In this document: positions 46,983 through 58,900 of the stretch, piece after piece
How positions within the stretch are numbered: the stretch's first letter is position 1
Layout: every line of letters begins with the position of its first letter
Assembly (NCBI GenBank): GCA_013265495.1
Contig: MU057744.1
Location: 1-64,000 of the forward strand
Origin: Vicugna vicugna
Lineage: Eukaryota
Length of the DNA: 64,000 bases
Direction of reading: 5' to 3'
Notes under the pieces: generated by a model
What the model was told of the DNA's origin: nothing
Databases searched by the model: none
What the model saw: the letters and a program-made list of their open reading frames with translations, nothing else
Program-made: the position numbers and the translations under genes

Positions 46983-47111
46983 TTTTCTTTTTTTTTTTTT
47001 TTTTNNNNNNNNNNNNNNNNNNNTTTTTTTTTAAGTGGAGGGACTAGGGATTGAACCCAGGACCTCCTGCATGCTAAGCACACGCTCTACCACTGAACTA
47101 TCCCCTCCCTC
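46983..47111 (-). mobile_element. tRNA-Ala-derived SINE (Vic-1-type), apparently short form; tail spans an assembly gap
   Basis: Reverse-complement head; poly-T interrupted by Ns. Confidence 0.9.
47005..47023. other. Assembly gap (19 N) inside a poly-T tail
   Basis: Run of n characters. Confidence 1.
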
Positions 47112-47114
47112 CAC

Positions 47115-47297
47115 ACCGGCTTTTGTCAATAAAGTTTTATTGGAACGTAGCCACACCTGTTCATTTTTTTTCCATATAATCTTTGACCGCTTTGAAGCTC
47201 TAACTGTGGAGTTGAGTAGCTACGACAGAGCCCATCCAGCCCACAAAACCAAAAATATTTACCACCCAGTCCTTTCCAGAAAGTTTGCCATCCCCTA
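47115..47297 (-). mobile_element. MER58A-like DNA transposon fossil
   Basis: AATAAAGTTTTATTGGAACGTAGCCAC..AAAATATTTACC..AAAGTTTGCCATCCCCTAG. Confidence 0.85.
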
Positions 47298-47319
47298 GGT
47301 TAAATTATGACTCCTCTGT

Positions 47320-47615
47320 AGGCAGCTATTCAAATGGCTATGTGAATCTGGCTGTGTATGGCTCTGGAAAGTTGTTATGATATATGACTTAAAAAATAAA
47401 GTTGGAAAATGGTGCTTTAATCCCATTCTTATAAAAGGAAAATATATTCAACTAAATGTGTGTGTTTTGTGTGGACAAATACATCCATTTCCTCTAGAAA
47501 GGTATAGAAGGAGGGAGGTAACAGGTGAGCTCTTAATTTCTTCTTTATATTTTTCTTTTTAGGTTTGATGTTTTTAAATAATGAGTCCAGCTTACTTTTT
47601 CATTTAAAAACAAAG
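47320..47615 (+). mobile_element. Probable very old L1ME-type 3' end
   Basis: AT-rich with diverged L1ME terminal layout; weak match. Confidence 0.35.
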
Positions 47616-47879
47616 AAGTTGTTTTCATTTTGGATGAAACGACTCTCCTCCCCTACCCCCACTTACAGCTGATGAGGAGGGTCAAGGCTCCGAGGGGCTG
47701 GTGCCAGGGGTCAGCCAGGCCTCCCGGGGGGGAGCCAGCCAAGGGCCCAGAGAGGCGGCCCTTGAGGGGTAGACCCCACTGATGCCCTCGGGGGCTCCTG
47801 CTTCTGGGCTCCCCCTACCACCCCTACCTTTGGCTGAGGTCCAGGGCTGGGGACACTCGTCAGCAAGCTCCAGCCCCAC

Positions 47880-49090
47880 AGCACCCGACCTGACTCAGTC
47901 CTGGCCTCGCCCGGCACAGGGCACCACAGGAGTCGGCCGGGCGCCAAGTGCCAGGTCTCCGTGGAGACAGAAGCACGGTGTCCAAACATGAATGGCTTAT
48001 TTTTAGAGACGTCCCCCGTCATGTCCTGGCCCCACTCCAGGGTGAGCCATGGCGTTCCCTCTGACTCAACTCCCCAGACTGACTCAGTTCAGAGCATCCA
48101 GGGAGTCCCCTCTCACTGGTAGGAGCTGCAGTCAGTCCTTCAGAAAAAGCTCTAAGTCCTTAGGAGCCTGCAGGCAGCCTGCTTCTAGAAAGAGTGCAAT
48201 CATTCCCTTAGCAGTCTGTGCTTGGGAGCAGACCACAGAGCCCTCTGCGCCGGGTCGCCGCCTTCCCAGCAGATACGGAAGTGATGCGCGACGCTCCCCG
48301 TGGGCCCTCAGCCCCGCGGGCTTCACCAGACGCACGTCCAGGAGAACAAGAGGCCCCTCCCCACTTGCCCTGGTCCTGCCGCCCCGCGGCCTCATCCACG
48401 GTGTGTTTCCCAGGCGTTTCTCCCTTTCTGGCCTCGGGCCCCACACTGCATCCCCTGGACTAGAGACACCAAGGATGCCAGAAGCCTTGCGCAGCTGTCA
48501 TTTACCCTGTAGGTTTCACAGAGGGACGTGTCATCACCGTCCAGGAAAACAGTGCGAGCACAGATTTCTTGCTCAAAGGATCGTGAACCGGGCAGGTTTG
48601 GGGCAAGTTTTGTGGGGAGGGAGGGGTGGAGAACAGGAGAGGGTGGGAGATACTTCCCTGCCCGAGGCAGCGTCGCCAACAATCCAGATGTCGCCAGGAC
48701 GCAGCTGTCCCTCCCCAGTTGTCCCCGCGTGACGGGGGTTGCAGACGTCAGTTGTTTTCCAAGCACAGAGAGCCCGGGACCTGCACGTATGCAAATCTTC
48801 GGGAAGAAGCGGCCTCTGTTCTCCTGGGCTGGCGCCTGGGCTGCGCCTTTTCTGCCGGCTCCCACGGTCTGCCTTCTCCGTCCCGAGCAGATGAGCAGCC
48901 CTGGCCTGGCCGAACAAGTCGGGGCCTCTCCGGGTGAGGTTAAGAGCTTGACTGTCCCTTATTTTGTCACGAAGCATCACATCAGCCTTTATTCATGCCC
49001 TTTAAAGCTGCAGCCTTTAGGGTGAGTCCCATCCACACCTACAGCTCTCCACCAGAGCCCTCCCGCGGGCAGCTGTGAGTCAGGGCTTGC
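47880..49090. promoter_or_regulatory. CpG-enriched unique region bracketed by four AP-1 sites
   Basis: TGACTCA at 47891, 48062 and 48080; TGAGTCA at 49076; CpG-rich 48240-48930. Confidence 0.4.
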
Positions 49091-50681
49091 TCATGGCCCC
49101 GCTCACCCAAGAGGGGCCATCTTCAGTTCTCAGGATGCTCTGGGGTAGGGTGACGGAGCTCACCTGTGCTCCTAGGGTCGAGGGACTTTTCAACGACTAG
49201 GAACCTGGAACCCTGTGGATCTGGCCCTTGGTCTTTCGGCTCTGCCCTCCGCCATCAGTTCCAGTGTCTGAACGGACAAGCCTCTCCACCGTCTCGACAC
49301 GGCAGGCGAATGCTCCTCATCCAGAGATTGCTGAGTTCCTGGAGCCATCTCACCGGACGGGGTGTGGCTCTCCATGGAGGACAAGTCTCCCCCTAGCCGT
49401 TCAGAGGGCCCAAGAAACCCTTGAAGTGACTTTCCTTCTCTAAGATTCACCTTCCCTGTCCGTCCAATCAGTGGAAGAGTTGGAGGAAATATTTGCTACA
49501 TTTCCTTCCAGCTCTGAGTTCCTGGAAGTCTGTGATTATCTGGACCTCCACATCTCCAGACCAGACCTGGTCCTACTCACCTCTCACTCGCAGTCATCAC
49601 ACTGAAGCCTCAGAACCAACCTCGCACTTGCACGGTGGTCTTGGGTTCCCAGTCATCAACCACACGTGCACCTCCCCACGCCCCGATGGTGGGCGGTGCC
49701 CCGTTACCACCGGCCCTTGGCAAGGAGAAGCAGTTTGCCAAAGGCCACAGGGCAGGCAAGCCACAGAGCTGGACCTCCACGCCTCCCCCAGTCTGCATCT
49801 GCCCAGCTGCAAGCAACACTGGCCAAGGATGGACCCTCAGCCTGCTGCCATCGGCAGGCGGTCATGTGGACCTGCTGGACTAGAGAACAAAAAAGGCAGG
49901 AAGGCTGCTTTCTCCTCCATTCGGGTGCACAAGGGTCAGCCAGGCTGCATTAACACTCGGCCTCTGACGGCCCCAGCTAAGCTCAGTCCTCTCTATCCTT
50001 TTCTTCCCGCTTAGCCTGAGGCGTCTGACGGCTGCACAACTCTGTTCTTGAGGATACATCCAGGCTGTCGTTCGGGTCAGACACACAGAGTTTAAAATGC
50101 CCAAAGGAACCTGAGATCAGCTCCTGCCCTCCCCTTCACCACCTGAAAAGGGCGAAGGAATGGTAACAGTATAAACCATCATGGAGTGTAAATCAGGGGT
50201 CTCCCCCAGCCCTCAGTCCCAGGTTATAACAGGCCAGAATCAGAGAGAAGGGATCTTCTCTCCATGGTCCCCAGAAGCCAGGTGTCAACTGAAGGTGACA
50301 GGGGGTGTGGAGGCGGGGGCGGGAGGGAGGTATCTGGGTCTTGTCAGAGTTAGAAATTGCCCAGAACATCAGCCTGCCCCATCCATCCTTCACCCACCCG
50401 TCCCTCGGTGCCTGCAGTGTCTCAAACTCGCAAAGACAGAGCCTTCTCAAAACATTTACATTTCTGCCAGGCCAGGATTCATGTGACTGCGAAACCCCAA
50501 GTACACAGGTTTTCACAAGAAGACGAAAAGAGGACCTGGTCCTTTTTGTGACAAATCAACCAGCCTTGCCAAATGTCACTTCAAGAGGAAAGCCTCTGCT
50601 TTACCCACCCACGTGGGTTTGCTTTCTGGACTCCCACACAGATCGGTTTTATAACCTCACTGACAACGGGTTTTTCTGCAT

Positions 50682-50747
50682 TCTTTTTTTATTGAAGTAT
50701 AGTCCATTTATAGTGTTGTGTCCATTTCTGATGTGCAGCATCATGTT
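50682..50747 (-). mobile_element. Very short L1 3' terminus
   Basis: TTTTTTTATTGAAGTATAGTCCATTTATAGTGTTGTG. Confidence 0.75.
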
Positions 50748-51432
50748 AGAAACCCATTCTTCAACTGGACACAAACCATCAAATGTTAATCGGCAAAACC
50801 CCGTCAAAGGCACCGTTAAAATTGAAAGTTAGTCCATACCAACACCTGGAATCCTACAGCAGGTGTCTTCAGAAGAACTGAAAATTACCTTTACTGGTGA
50901 CCTCGTATGACTGTCACTCCACTGACAACTTTCGATGGGGGCTTAATTCAAAGGAAATAAAGCCCAGTGGCAACCTTCGTCCCCTATTTCTGCCAAGAGT
51001 GCAGAGAGACGTCACCAAGGGCTCGAAACAGACCCGCACAACTTGACACTGGGACCAAGACCCCCGAAAGGATGTGGGGAAGCCAAACCAACTCAGAGAC
51101 CTCTGAAGATACAAGGAGGACACTGTCTCCATGACACCGGCTTCAGCGATACGATCTCATAGTCTAAAACACACACACCCCCCCGATACCCTGCCCCGAC
51201 AGGATTAATTATTCATGTGCCAAAGGAATAATCTTCAGTGTTTCTCCCCTTTAAATCCTTTGGCCTGAATTCATGAAAAGCATATTTATCTGTTCACAGT
51301 TTTACTCATTTTTGTTACATCTGAAAGTCAGAACAGAGCAGGTATGTTCAATATACATGTATACATTAATGAATACAATACTTTTGCACTATTAGCCCTG
51401 ACCTTGAAATATCAGAACTTTTTTTAACCAGA

Positions 51433-52053
51433 GGGATCCAGCAGTCCCTCTCTTGGGAAACTAAATCGAAAGGACACATGCACCCCAATGTTCATAGCAG
51501 CACTATTTACAATAGTCAAGACATGGAAACAACCTAAATGTTCATCGACAGATGACTGGATAAAGAAGTTGTGGTATATTTATATAATGGAATACTACTC
51601 AGTCATAAAAAAAAAATTAAATAATGCCATTTACAACATGGATGGACCTGGAGATGATCATACTAAGTGAAGTAAGCCAGAAAGAGAAAGAAAAATATCA
51701 CATGATATCCCTTCTATGTGAAATCTTAAAAAAAAAGGACACAAATGAACTTATTTACAAAACAGAAACAGACTCACAGACATAGAAAATAAATTTATGG
51801 TTACCAGGGGAAAGAAGGTGGGGAGGGATAAATTGGGAGTTCAGGATTTTCAGATACACACTATTGTATTTAAAATAGATAAACAACAAGGTCCTACTGT
51901 ACAGCACAGGGAACTATATTTAATACTTCATAATGGCCTATAATGAAAAAGAATATGAAAAGGAATATATATATATATGTATAACTGAATCACTATGCTG
52001 TACACCGGAAACTAACACAACATTGTAAATTGTCTATACTTCAATTTAAACAA
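51433..52053 (+). mobile_element. Young-type L1 3' ~620 bp
   Basis: ORF2 C-terminal peptide MFIAALFTIVKTWKQPKCSSTDDWIKKLWYIY followed by the L1 3' UTR. Confidence 0.95.
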
Positions 52054-52518
52054 ACTCCTTTAAGGGTCCTGGGCCAGCACGCTCCAGACAGCACTACGGC
52101 CCTGCCTGAGTGACTGGGCTGATGCAGTGTTTCCGTCCAGACATGTGCAGTGCATTGCTCTCCTGTGATCCAAATCATGCAAAGAACCAGGTGGTTGCTT
52201 TACATTATACCATACGCACTCAGCTGGCATCAAGCAAACCTGTCTGATTTTGCCCTGTATGTGCGCTTTCAGTTCTGGTTTTGGTGCCAACCTGGTATGA
52301 CTTTCATATTTCATGCTTCACTTTACCCCCTCATCAATTTGCTCTCCTGTAGAACGTGTATAAAATATCTCCAAATATGTACTCAAGGAAGTAAGACACG
52401 GGTGGCCTCTGGGGAGCAGAACTGAATGGTTGTCGGACTGTCTGGGAGGGAGACGTCTGAACATTTTAATGTTGAACCACATGACCAAATACCTAATCAA
52501 AAAGCTCTTCTGCACAGA

Positions 52519-52810
52519 GGACTTGTAGGGCAGTGAAAATGCTCTGTGTCGTATTATAATGATGAATGTATGTTATTTATTTTATATTTGTCCAAAATAT
52601 AGAATATACAAAACCAAGATGAAACCCAATGTTAACTATGGACTTTGAGGGACAATGGTGAGTCACTGCAGGTCCATCAGTTGTAACAGATGTCCCACTC
52701 TGGCGGGGGTGGGGTTCTGGATAGTGGGGCAGGGGGCAGGGGCATCTCTCTACAATCCACAATTTTGCTGCAAACCTGAAACTGCTCTTAAAAAATCAAG
52801 TCTTTTTTAA
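52519..52810 (+). mobile_element. L1MC1/2-type 3' end
   Basis: TAGGGCAGTGAAAA, AATGTTAACTATGGACTTTG, CAATTTTGCTGCAAACCTGAAACTGCTCTTAAAAAAT. Confidence 0.8.
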
Positions 52811-53044
52811 TCCAGGAAAAAAAAATACTTGAAAGAACAAATAACTAGAAGAATGATAATACCAGGCGGGAATCCACACTGGCGAGGAAGAGGGCGGTGG
52901 AGGAGGAGCCCTCTGCCACCACAAATCAAATCCCAGGGAAAGAGAGAGATGCTCAAAGAACATTTTTAGAAACAGTTGTGATGGACTGTGGAGTGTAACC
53001 ACCTCCCTCCAACCTCCACCAAGAAATGTTCCATCAAAGTCTAC

Positions 53045-53925
53045 AAAATCTATCAAAATGTGGGGCAATTGTAAACTTTGTTCACTTTAGGTGGGAACTG
53101 TAAAATGGTGCGGCTGTTATGGAAAACAGTATGACAATGTCTCAAAAAACTGAACATAGAATTATTGTATGAGCCAGCAATCCCACTGGTACCTACCCCA
53201 AAGAATTGGGAGCAGAGTCTAAAAGAGATATTTGGGGTGGGGGAAAGAGCAGAGCTCAGTGGTAGAGTGCATGCTTAGCATGCACGAGGTCCCAGGTTCA
53301 ATTCCCTGTATTTCCATTAAAAAAATAAGTAAACCTAATTACCGCCCCCCCAAAAAAAACCCCAAACAGCAACAACAAAAACAAACTAAAAAAAGAAACT
53401 TAATAAAATAAAAGAGATATTTGTATACCCACATTCATAGCACACTATTTACAAAGCCAAGAGGCAACCTAAGTGTCCATCAGTGGATGAATAGAAAAAC
53501 AAAATGTGGTCTAACCATAGAATGGAGTATTATTCAATCTTAAAAAAGAAAGAAATTTTGACACCTGCAACAACATGGTGAAGCTTGAGGACATCCAGCT
53601 AAGTGGAATGAGCCAGTCACAACAAGACAAATACCATATGATTCCATGTACATGAGGTACCTAGAATATTCAAGTCCATAGAGACAGAAAGTAGAAATAG
53701 TGGTTGCCAGGGGTTGAATCGGGGGTGGGGGAAGAATGGGGAGTCATTCTTTCATGGGTATGCAGAGTTTCAGTTTGGCAAGAGCAAAAAGAGTTCTTTT
53801 ACTGCGGACGATGGATGGTGAGGATGGTTGTCTAACACTTAGAAACCGTACACTTAGAAACAATTATGCCAAGTTTTACGTTATGTGTACTTTACCACAT
53901 TTACTTTTTTTAAATGTTCTTAAAA
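53045..53925 (+). mobile_element. L1MB-type 3' region, interrupted by a SINE
   Basis: GTAAAATGGTGCGGCTGTTATGGAAAACAGTATG, ATAGAGACAGAAAGTAGA..GGTTGCCAGGGG. Confidence 0.85.
53235..53409 (+). mobile_element. tRNA-Ala-derived SINE (Vic-1-type), long form, nested in L1MB
   Basis: Perfect TSD AAAAGAGATATTTG at 53221-53234 and 53410-53423. Confidence 0.95.
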
Positions 53926-54921
53926 ATGCTTTGTAAGTCAGGATTGTGTGTGTATTTCTGTGTTGGGCTGCATGGGGGGTTGGGGGGGCAAGGATGGGTG
54001 ACAACGTGCCAAGATTCCAGGCAAGGGCAAGATGGACCAGCAACACCTGTGTAACAGCTCTGGGGCAGCCCCTCGCCAGTGATGAGCAACGCTCAGGTGG
54101 TTTGTTTGACCCCAGACATACCCGAAACCCCCTCCAACAGTGGCGCCCACTCCTGGTGGCCAGCGCCGTATCACGTGCTTCCTAGTAAATTCAGGAACTG
54201 CCCGCCTTGGACAACACACAGTGTGCCTTCTGACATTCTCCTTCTCACAGAGTGAGCTTTTCCTCACTTCCCTTCCCGCATCAGCTCAGCCAATTAGCCA
54301 GCAAATGAATAGTCACTGCTGCACACCGCAGGCCAAGCTCCGAGATGCACGGTGGGGACCAAGAGGTGAGCACGCCAGTCAGTGCGGATAGGAGGCTCCC
54401 ACTCCATCGGGGAAGACAGACGAGCACCTGCAACGACGTGTGGGGTGGGTGATGGTGGGGGGCACTAGGAGCCATGGACCAGGTGGCCTTGGCTGGCCAG
54501 TCTCACCTGGAGGTCACGGAGAGCATCCCCAGAGACACAGACAGTTACACGCCAGCTGAGACCTCAGATCCAACAGAAAATCAAGTCAGTTTTGTGGCGG
54601 GGGGCGGTTTACAACCACTTCTTGTAAAAACTTGGGGGGCCGAGAAAGCAGGGGTGGGACCATCCACATGGAGAACAGCACCCTGGCGTTCTAGCAGCAC
54701 GGGGAGAGAACCCGAGAGAAACGATGGAAGCCAAGAGCACAAGGAGGAGTGGAGGGGATGCCTCCAGAGAGGTGGGCAGGAGCCCGGCCCTGGGGCCCCG
54801 TCAGCCTGACAAGGAACCCTCGGTCACTGTGCCACGGACGGTGGGACACATCCAAAAGGGCCCAAACGAAAGAGTGACACCGCCAAATTTTTTTTAAATT
54901 TATTTTCAACTTTCATTTTTA

Positions 54922-55112
54922 TTTTTTAATTGCTGCTTTCTTTTTTTAATTTTTTTTTAATTTTAAATATTTATTTGTTTACTTTTGCAGGGAGGAGTAA
55001 CTAGGTTAATTTATTTGCTTGTTTATTTTTAAATGGAGGTGCCAGGGACGGAACCCAGGACCTCGTGTCTGCTGAGCATGCGCTCTACCACTGGGCTTAC
55101 CCTCCCCTCTCC
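54922..55112 (-). mobile_element. tRNA-Ala-derived SINE (Vic-1-type), long form
   Basis: Reverse-complement head and extension; TTTTCATTTTTA on both flanks. Confidence 0.9.
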
Positions 55113-55186
55113 CCAGTTTTCATTTTTAAAAGACACTGGAGCTGCACTGAGTGGGAGGAGAGAGAGGCTGCATGTACAGAGACGAG

Positions 55187-56310
55187 TGTATTTGTTTTCT
55201 ATGGCTAATGTGTCAAATTACTGCAAATTTGGTAGTTTAAAACAAACCAAAAAATTTTTCTTTATTCTTTTACAGTTCTGAAGGACAGAAGCTTGAAAGC
55301 AGTTTCACTGGGTGTCAGGAGAGCCATGCTCTCTCCAGGGGAGAATCCACTCCCCACCTGTTCCCGGTGCTGGTAGCTGCCCGCGTTCGTTGGCTTACGG
55401 TCCCATTCCTCCAGTCTCCACCTCCATCCTCACGTCACCTTCACATTGTATCTAACTTCCTCTGCCGCCTTTCTACGAGGACAGTTGTGATGGCACTTAG
55501 AACTCACCTGGACAATCCAAAATAATCTCCTCATCTTAAAATGCTTCACTTAAACTCTGATGCTTGGTGGGAATGTAAAATGGTGCAGCCACTACAGAAA
55601 ACTGTATGGAGAGTCCTCAAAAAAGCAAACAGAGAATTCCCTTATGATCCGGGAATTACCTTGCTGGGTATATGCTCAAAAGAATTGAAAATCGGGACTC
55701 AAAGAGCTGTTTGTACACCACGTGCATAGCAGCATTAATCACAATAGCCAAGGGGTGGAAGCCAGCCAAGTGTCCACCAGCAATGGATGGATAAACAAAA
55801 TGCAGTCCACATACAACAGAATATTATACAGCCTTAAAAAGGAAGGAAATTCTGGCACAGGACACAACATGAATGAGAACTGAGCACATTATGCTTGGTG
55901 AAATGGGCCCATCACAGAAGGACAAACACTAAATGGTTCCACTTATAGGAAGTACCCAGAGTGGTCAATTCAGAGAAAGTAGAATGGTGTTTGCTGGGGG
56001 CTGAGGGAGGGGGTTGGGGGGAGAATGAGTTTAATGGGGACAGAGCTTCCGTTCTACGGGATGAAAAAGTTCTGGAGATGGTTGGTGAGGATGGTTGCAC
56101 AGCAGTGTGAAAGTATTCGCCACCACGGAACCGGACGCTTACAAATGAGTCAAATGGTAAGTTTTGTGTTGTGTATTTTACCACAATCTGAATTTTTTTT
56201 TAAATGCTTAATCCCACGTGCAAAAATTTTTCCATGTATCATTTAAGATAACATCACAAGTTCCAGGAACTGGGACCTGACATTTGAGGGCCACTATTCA
56301 GGTCCTTACC
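55187..56310 (-). mobile_element. MLT1C/D-like MaLR solo LTR split by an L1 insertion (pieces ~55187-55546 and ~56202-56310)
   Basis: TTATTCTTTTACAGTTCTGAAGG.CAGAAG, AGGGGAGAATCC, CACCTGGACAATCCAAAATAATCTCC; resumes with CACAAGTTCCAGG..GGGCCACTATTCAG. Confidence 0.75.
55547..56201 (+). mobile_element. L1MB-type 3' end nested in the MLT1 LTR
   Basis: TTGGTGGGAATGTAAAATGGTGCAGCC start through TGTATTTTACCACAAT end; AAATGCTT on both flanks. Confidence 0.9.
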
Positions 56311-56779
56311 TTTGGAGACCCCTGCAGTCGTCCAGAGAAGATGGGCCGGACTGCAGGCAGTGGGGATCAGTCTGGAGCTGCTAGGGGGCAGTGCTGCTGG
56401 GCGGGGCAGGTGAGAGACGGGGGGCCAAGCCTACTGCCCCGACTTCGGACTGGGCAGCTGGCGGAACTCAGGAATGCAGACAGAAGAGCAGCTGGGTGTC
56501 GGGGAGTGTTGTGATGAGTTTTAGACACATTTTTGAATCTTGACCAAAAGCGGGGCCACTGGGCAAAGAGCTGCCTAAATTTTAAAAACCCACACAAAAA
56601 TCTTTGCTCCAAGTGGGTAGAAGAGAGCGGAGTCACGTTCTCTGTCACTGGCATCAAGGACCCACAAAGAGGTGACTGGAGAAGACCCCTCGTACGAGCA
56701 CCAGCCTGCCGCTCGCTCACCCCTCCGCACTGGAGCTGCGTGCTGCTCTCTAAGAGTGAAGAGGGCAACCTGAGCAAAC

Positions 56780-57025
56780 CCACGTAACATACTGACTCTG
56801 CACCCAGCACTGTGCTTTGAGCTTCACAAATCGTCACTAACTTAATGCCTAGAAAACTCTGAGTCGGCATTACTATGGTCATTCCCATTTTATGGATGAG
56901 AAAACCAAAGCACAGAGAGGTTAAGTCAATTGCCCAAGGTCACACAGCCACACAGAGGCAGAGCCTGGATCTGAAGCCAAACACTGTGACCCCAGATTCT
57001 GCACTCTTCACCAATACTCTATGTC
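56780..57025 (-). mobile_element. Near-full-length MIR
   Basis: CCCATTTTATGGATGAGAAAACCAAAGCACAGAGAGGTTAAGTCAATTGCCCAAGGTCACACAGC. Confidence 0.85.
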
Positions 57026-57544
57026 ATCTCTCTTTTCTTAAAAAAGCCCCCCTCCCCAAACCAATTCCAAAGCCAACAGCAAAGACCACAATAATTAATT
57101 CAGTTGAAGTAAGTTTATTCATGAAAATGGGCCAGGTTATGGGCCGGGTGAAGCTCCTGTTAAGCACTGACGTACAGAGCCCCAGGGATCAAGACCCTCT
57201 CCTTACTTGTGGCCATTTGCAGTGACTGATGAGGAGACGAAAGCGAGGGCCAGGAAATGGCAGGTCATTTACCAGATCCCTTCGTAAGCCCCCAAAGTTC
57301 CATGCCAACAGTCTGACGACCTTCTGGAGAGAGGAGTCACCCAGCGGGAATGGTGGCCATGAGGACGGGTGCTGGGGAAGCTTCCTGAAAGGTCCTCTTG
57401 GTATGGAAGCAGATGGAAGCAACTGGAAGTGCGCTGAACCACGATGGAGGAGGGGAGCTGGGGAGGAGGGGGTTTGGGTCTCAGGCCCGGAAGCCACAGA
57501 CACAGGGCTGAGGAGATGGGGAATGAGAGGAGTTGAGAAAAGAG

Positions 57545-57593
57545 GTGAGGACCGTGATGTCCCAGTGAGGTCCGTGGTGATGTCCCAGTGAGG
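57545..57593. repeat. Short tandem duplication (20/23-bp units)
   Basis: GTGAGGACCGTGATGTCCCA GTGAGGTCCGTGGTGATGTCCCA GTGAGG. Confidence 0.8.
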
Positions 57594-58337
57594 GGAAGGG
57601 CATTTGCACCACTGAGACTGGGAGGGCCAGGAGGGTCGGGGCAGGGTGAACAGGCCAAACCACAGATGCTCAATGACCACGCTCCGACCCCAGGATGGCC
57701 AGGCCATCTGGGATGACATGTCCACCTTCCCACTTACCCCAGGATCTCACACCTACTTCCGTTGGTAAGAGCGGCTGGCTACCAGAAGCCCTTGGAGAGA
57801 AGACCCCTCAAAGGAGAGAGGGGTGGGAACAGGGACCCAGGTGGTCAGGTCACACCTCCCCATGGGCTTGGAGGGAAAAGCCTTCATGAAGCGAAACTTT
57901 AGAACGACAATGACAAAAGTGGGTGAAGAAAGTTACAAGTGGCCGAGATAAAAATGGTGGTTTCCCACAAGCAGCTGAGACCTTCTGTGGGGGTCCTCTG
58001 GACTGTCACTCGGGTCAGATTCAACTGTACCTCATCCGGGTCTTTCCCACTGAAGTTTCCAGCATTGCTAAAGTGCACAGACTGCCCACTAAACCGTTTG
58101 GGGGTTTTATTTTTTATCACCAAGGAAATAGGGGATGCCCGAGTTTGGGTCCCCAAACCAGAAAGACTGCAGATGCCTCAAATAAAGCCGGGGGTTTTTG
58201 TGCAGCCTCCACGGGGACTCGGGGCCCACTTCACCCTTGATGCTGCCCCCACCCACCCTCACCCCAACTCTCCCCTGCTCTCCACTCACCGAGCGGGCTG
58301 CCCACAGGAGTTCCCATCTCTTTCACCCAAAGTCGAG

Positions 58338-58465
58338 GCTCTCAGCTTAATTGTGAACTAAAAATCTCCAGCGGAATCAGCCACGTTCCCACCCGCGAGG
58401 TGTGGCATGAAGCCCTGGAATCTGCATTTTTAACAAGCATGCAAGCAGTCCTGCTACCCGGGACT
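58338..58465. mobile_element. MER5A-like remnant
   Basis: Hallmark GGAATCTGCATTTTTAACAAGC. Confidence 0.55.
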
Positions 58466-58799
58466 AAATCTCCTGGGGGGCAGACCCCCCCTCACCCTGT
58501 CTTTCACAGATCACTCGTGTACTCAGCATGCATGCGCCCACACGCACCCGCACCAGCTCACTGACGTGCTCACGCTCGGGGCTGAGGCTGCAGGACACAC
58601 AGCAGGTATCCAACACGCCATCAGTCAATTCCTGAGCAGTTGGAGCCTGGGAAGGCATGTGCAATTGCGTTCTGGTCCCACTGAACACTTCACCTGCTAT
58701 CTGACAGCTTCCCATCCAGAAACCACAGTACAGTAAAAAACAGAAAAAAAAAGAAAGCCGTTAGACCCCAGTGAATGTTATTTTTAATGAAAGTGGTGC

Positions 58800-58900
58800 A
58801 TTTTGAGTCACCATGTTGAAACCAGATTCTAAATGAGTCATCAGTGAATCAACCACAAAGAGGCTCTGTGAAGGTGATTTACAGGAGGGCCCTGACGTGT
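58800..58900. promoter_or_regulatory. AP-1/RUNX motif cluster
   Basis: TGAGTCA 58804-58810 and 58834-58840, TGAATCA 58845-58851, AACCACA 58851-58857. Confidence 0.5.

Noticed and set aside
48049..49025. ORFs of 227 and 165 aa in the CpG-rich region
   Set aside because: Multiple overlapping frames on both strands with GC-driven composition and no protein family signature.
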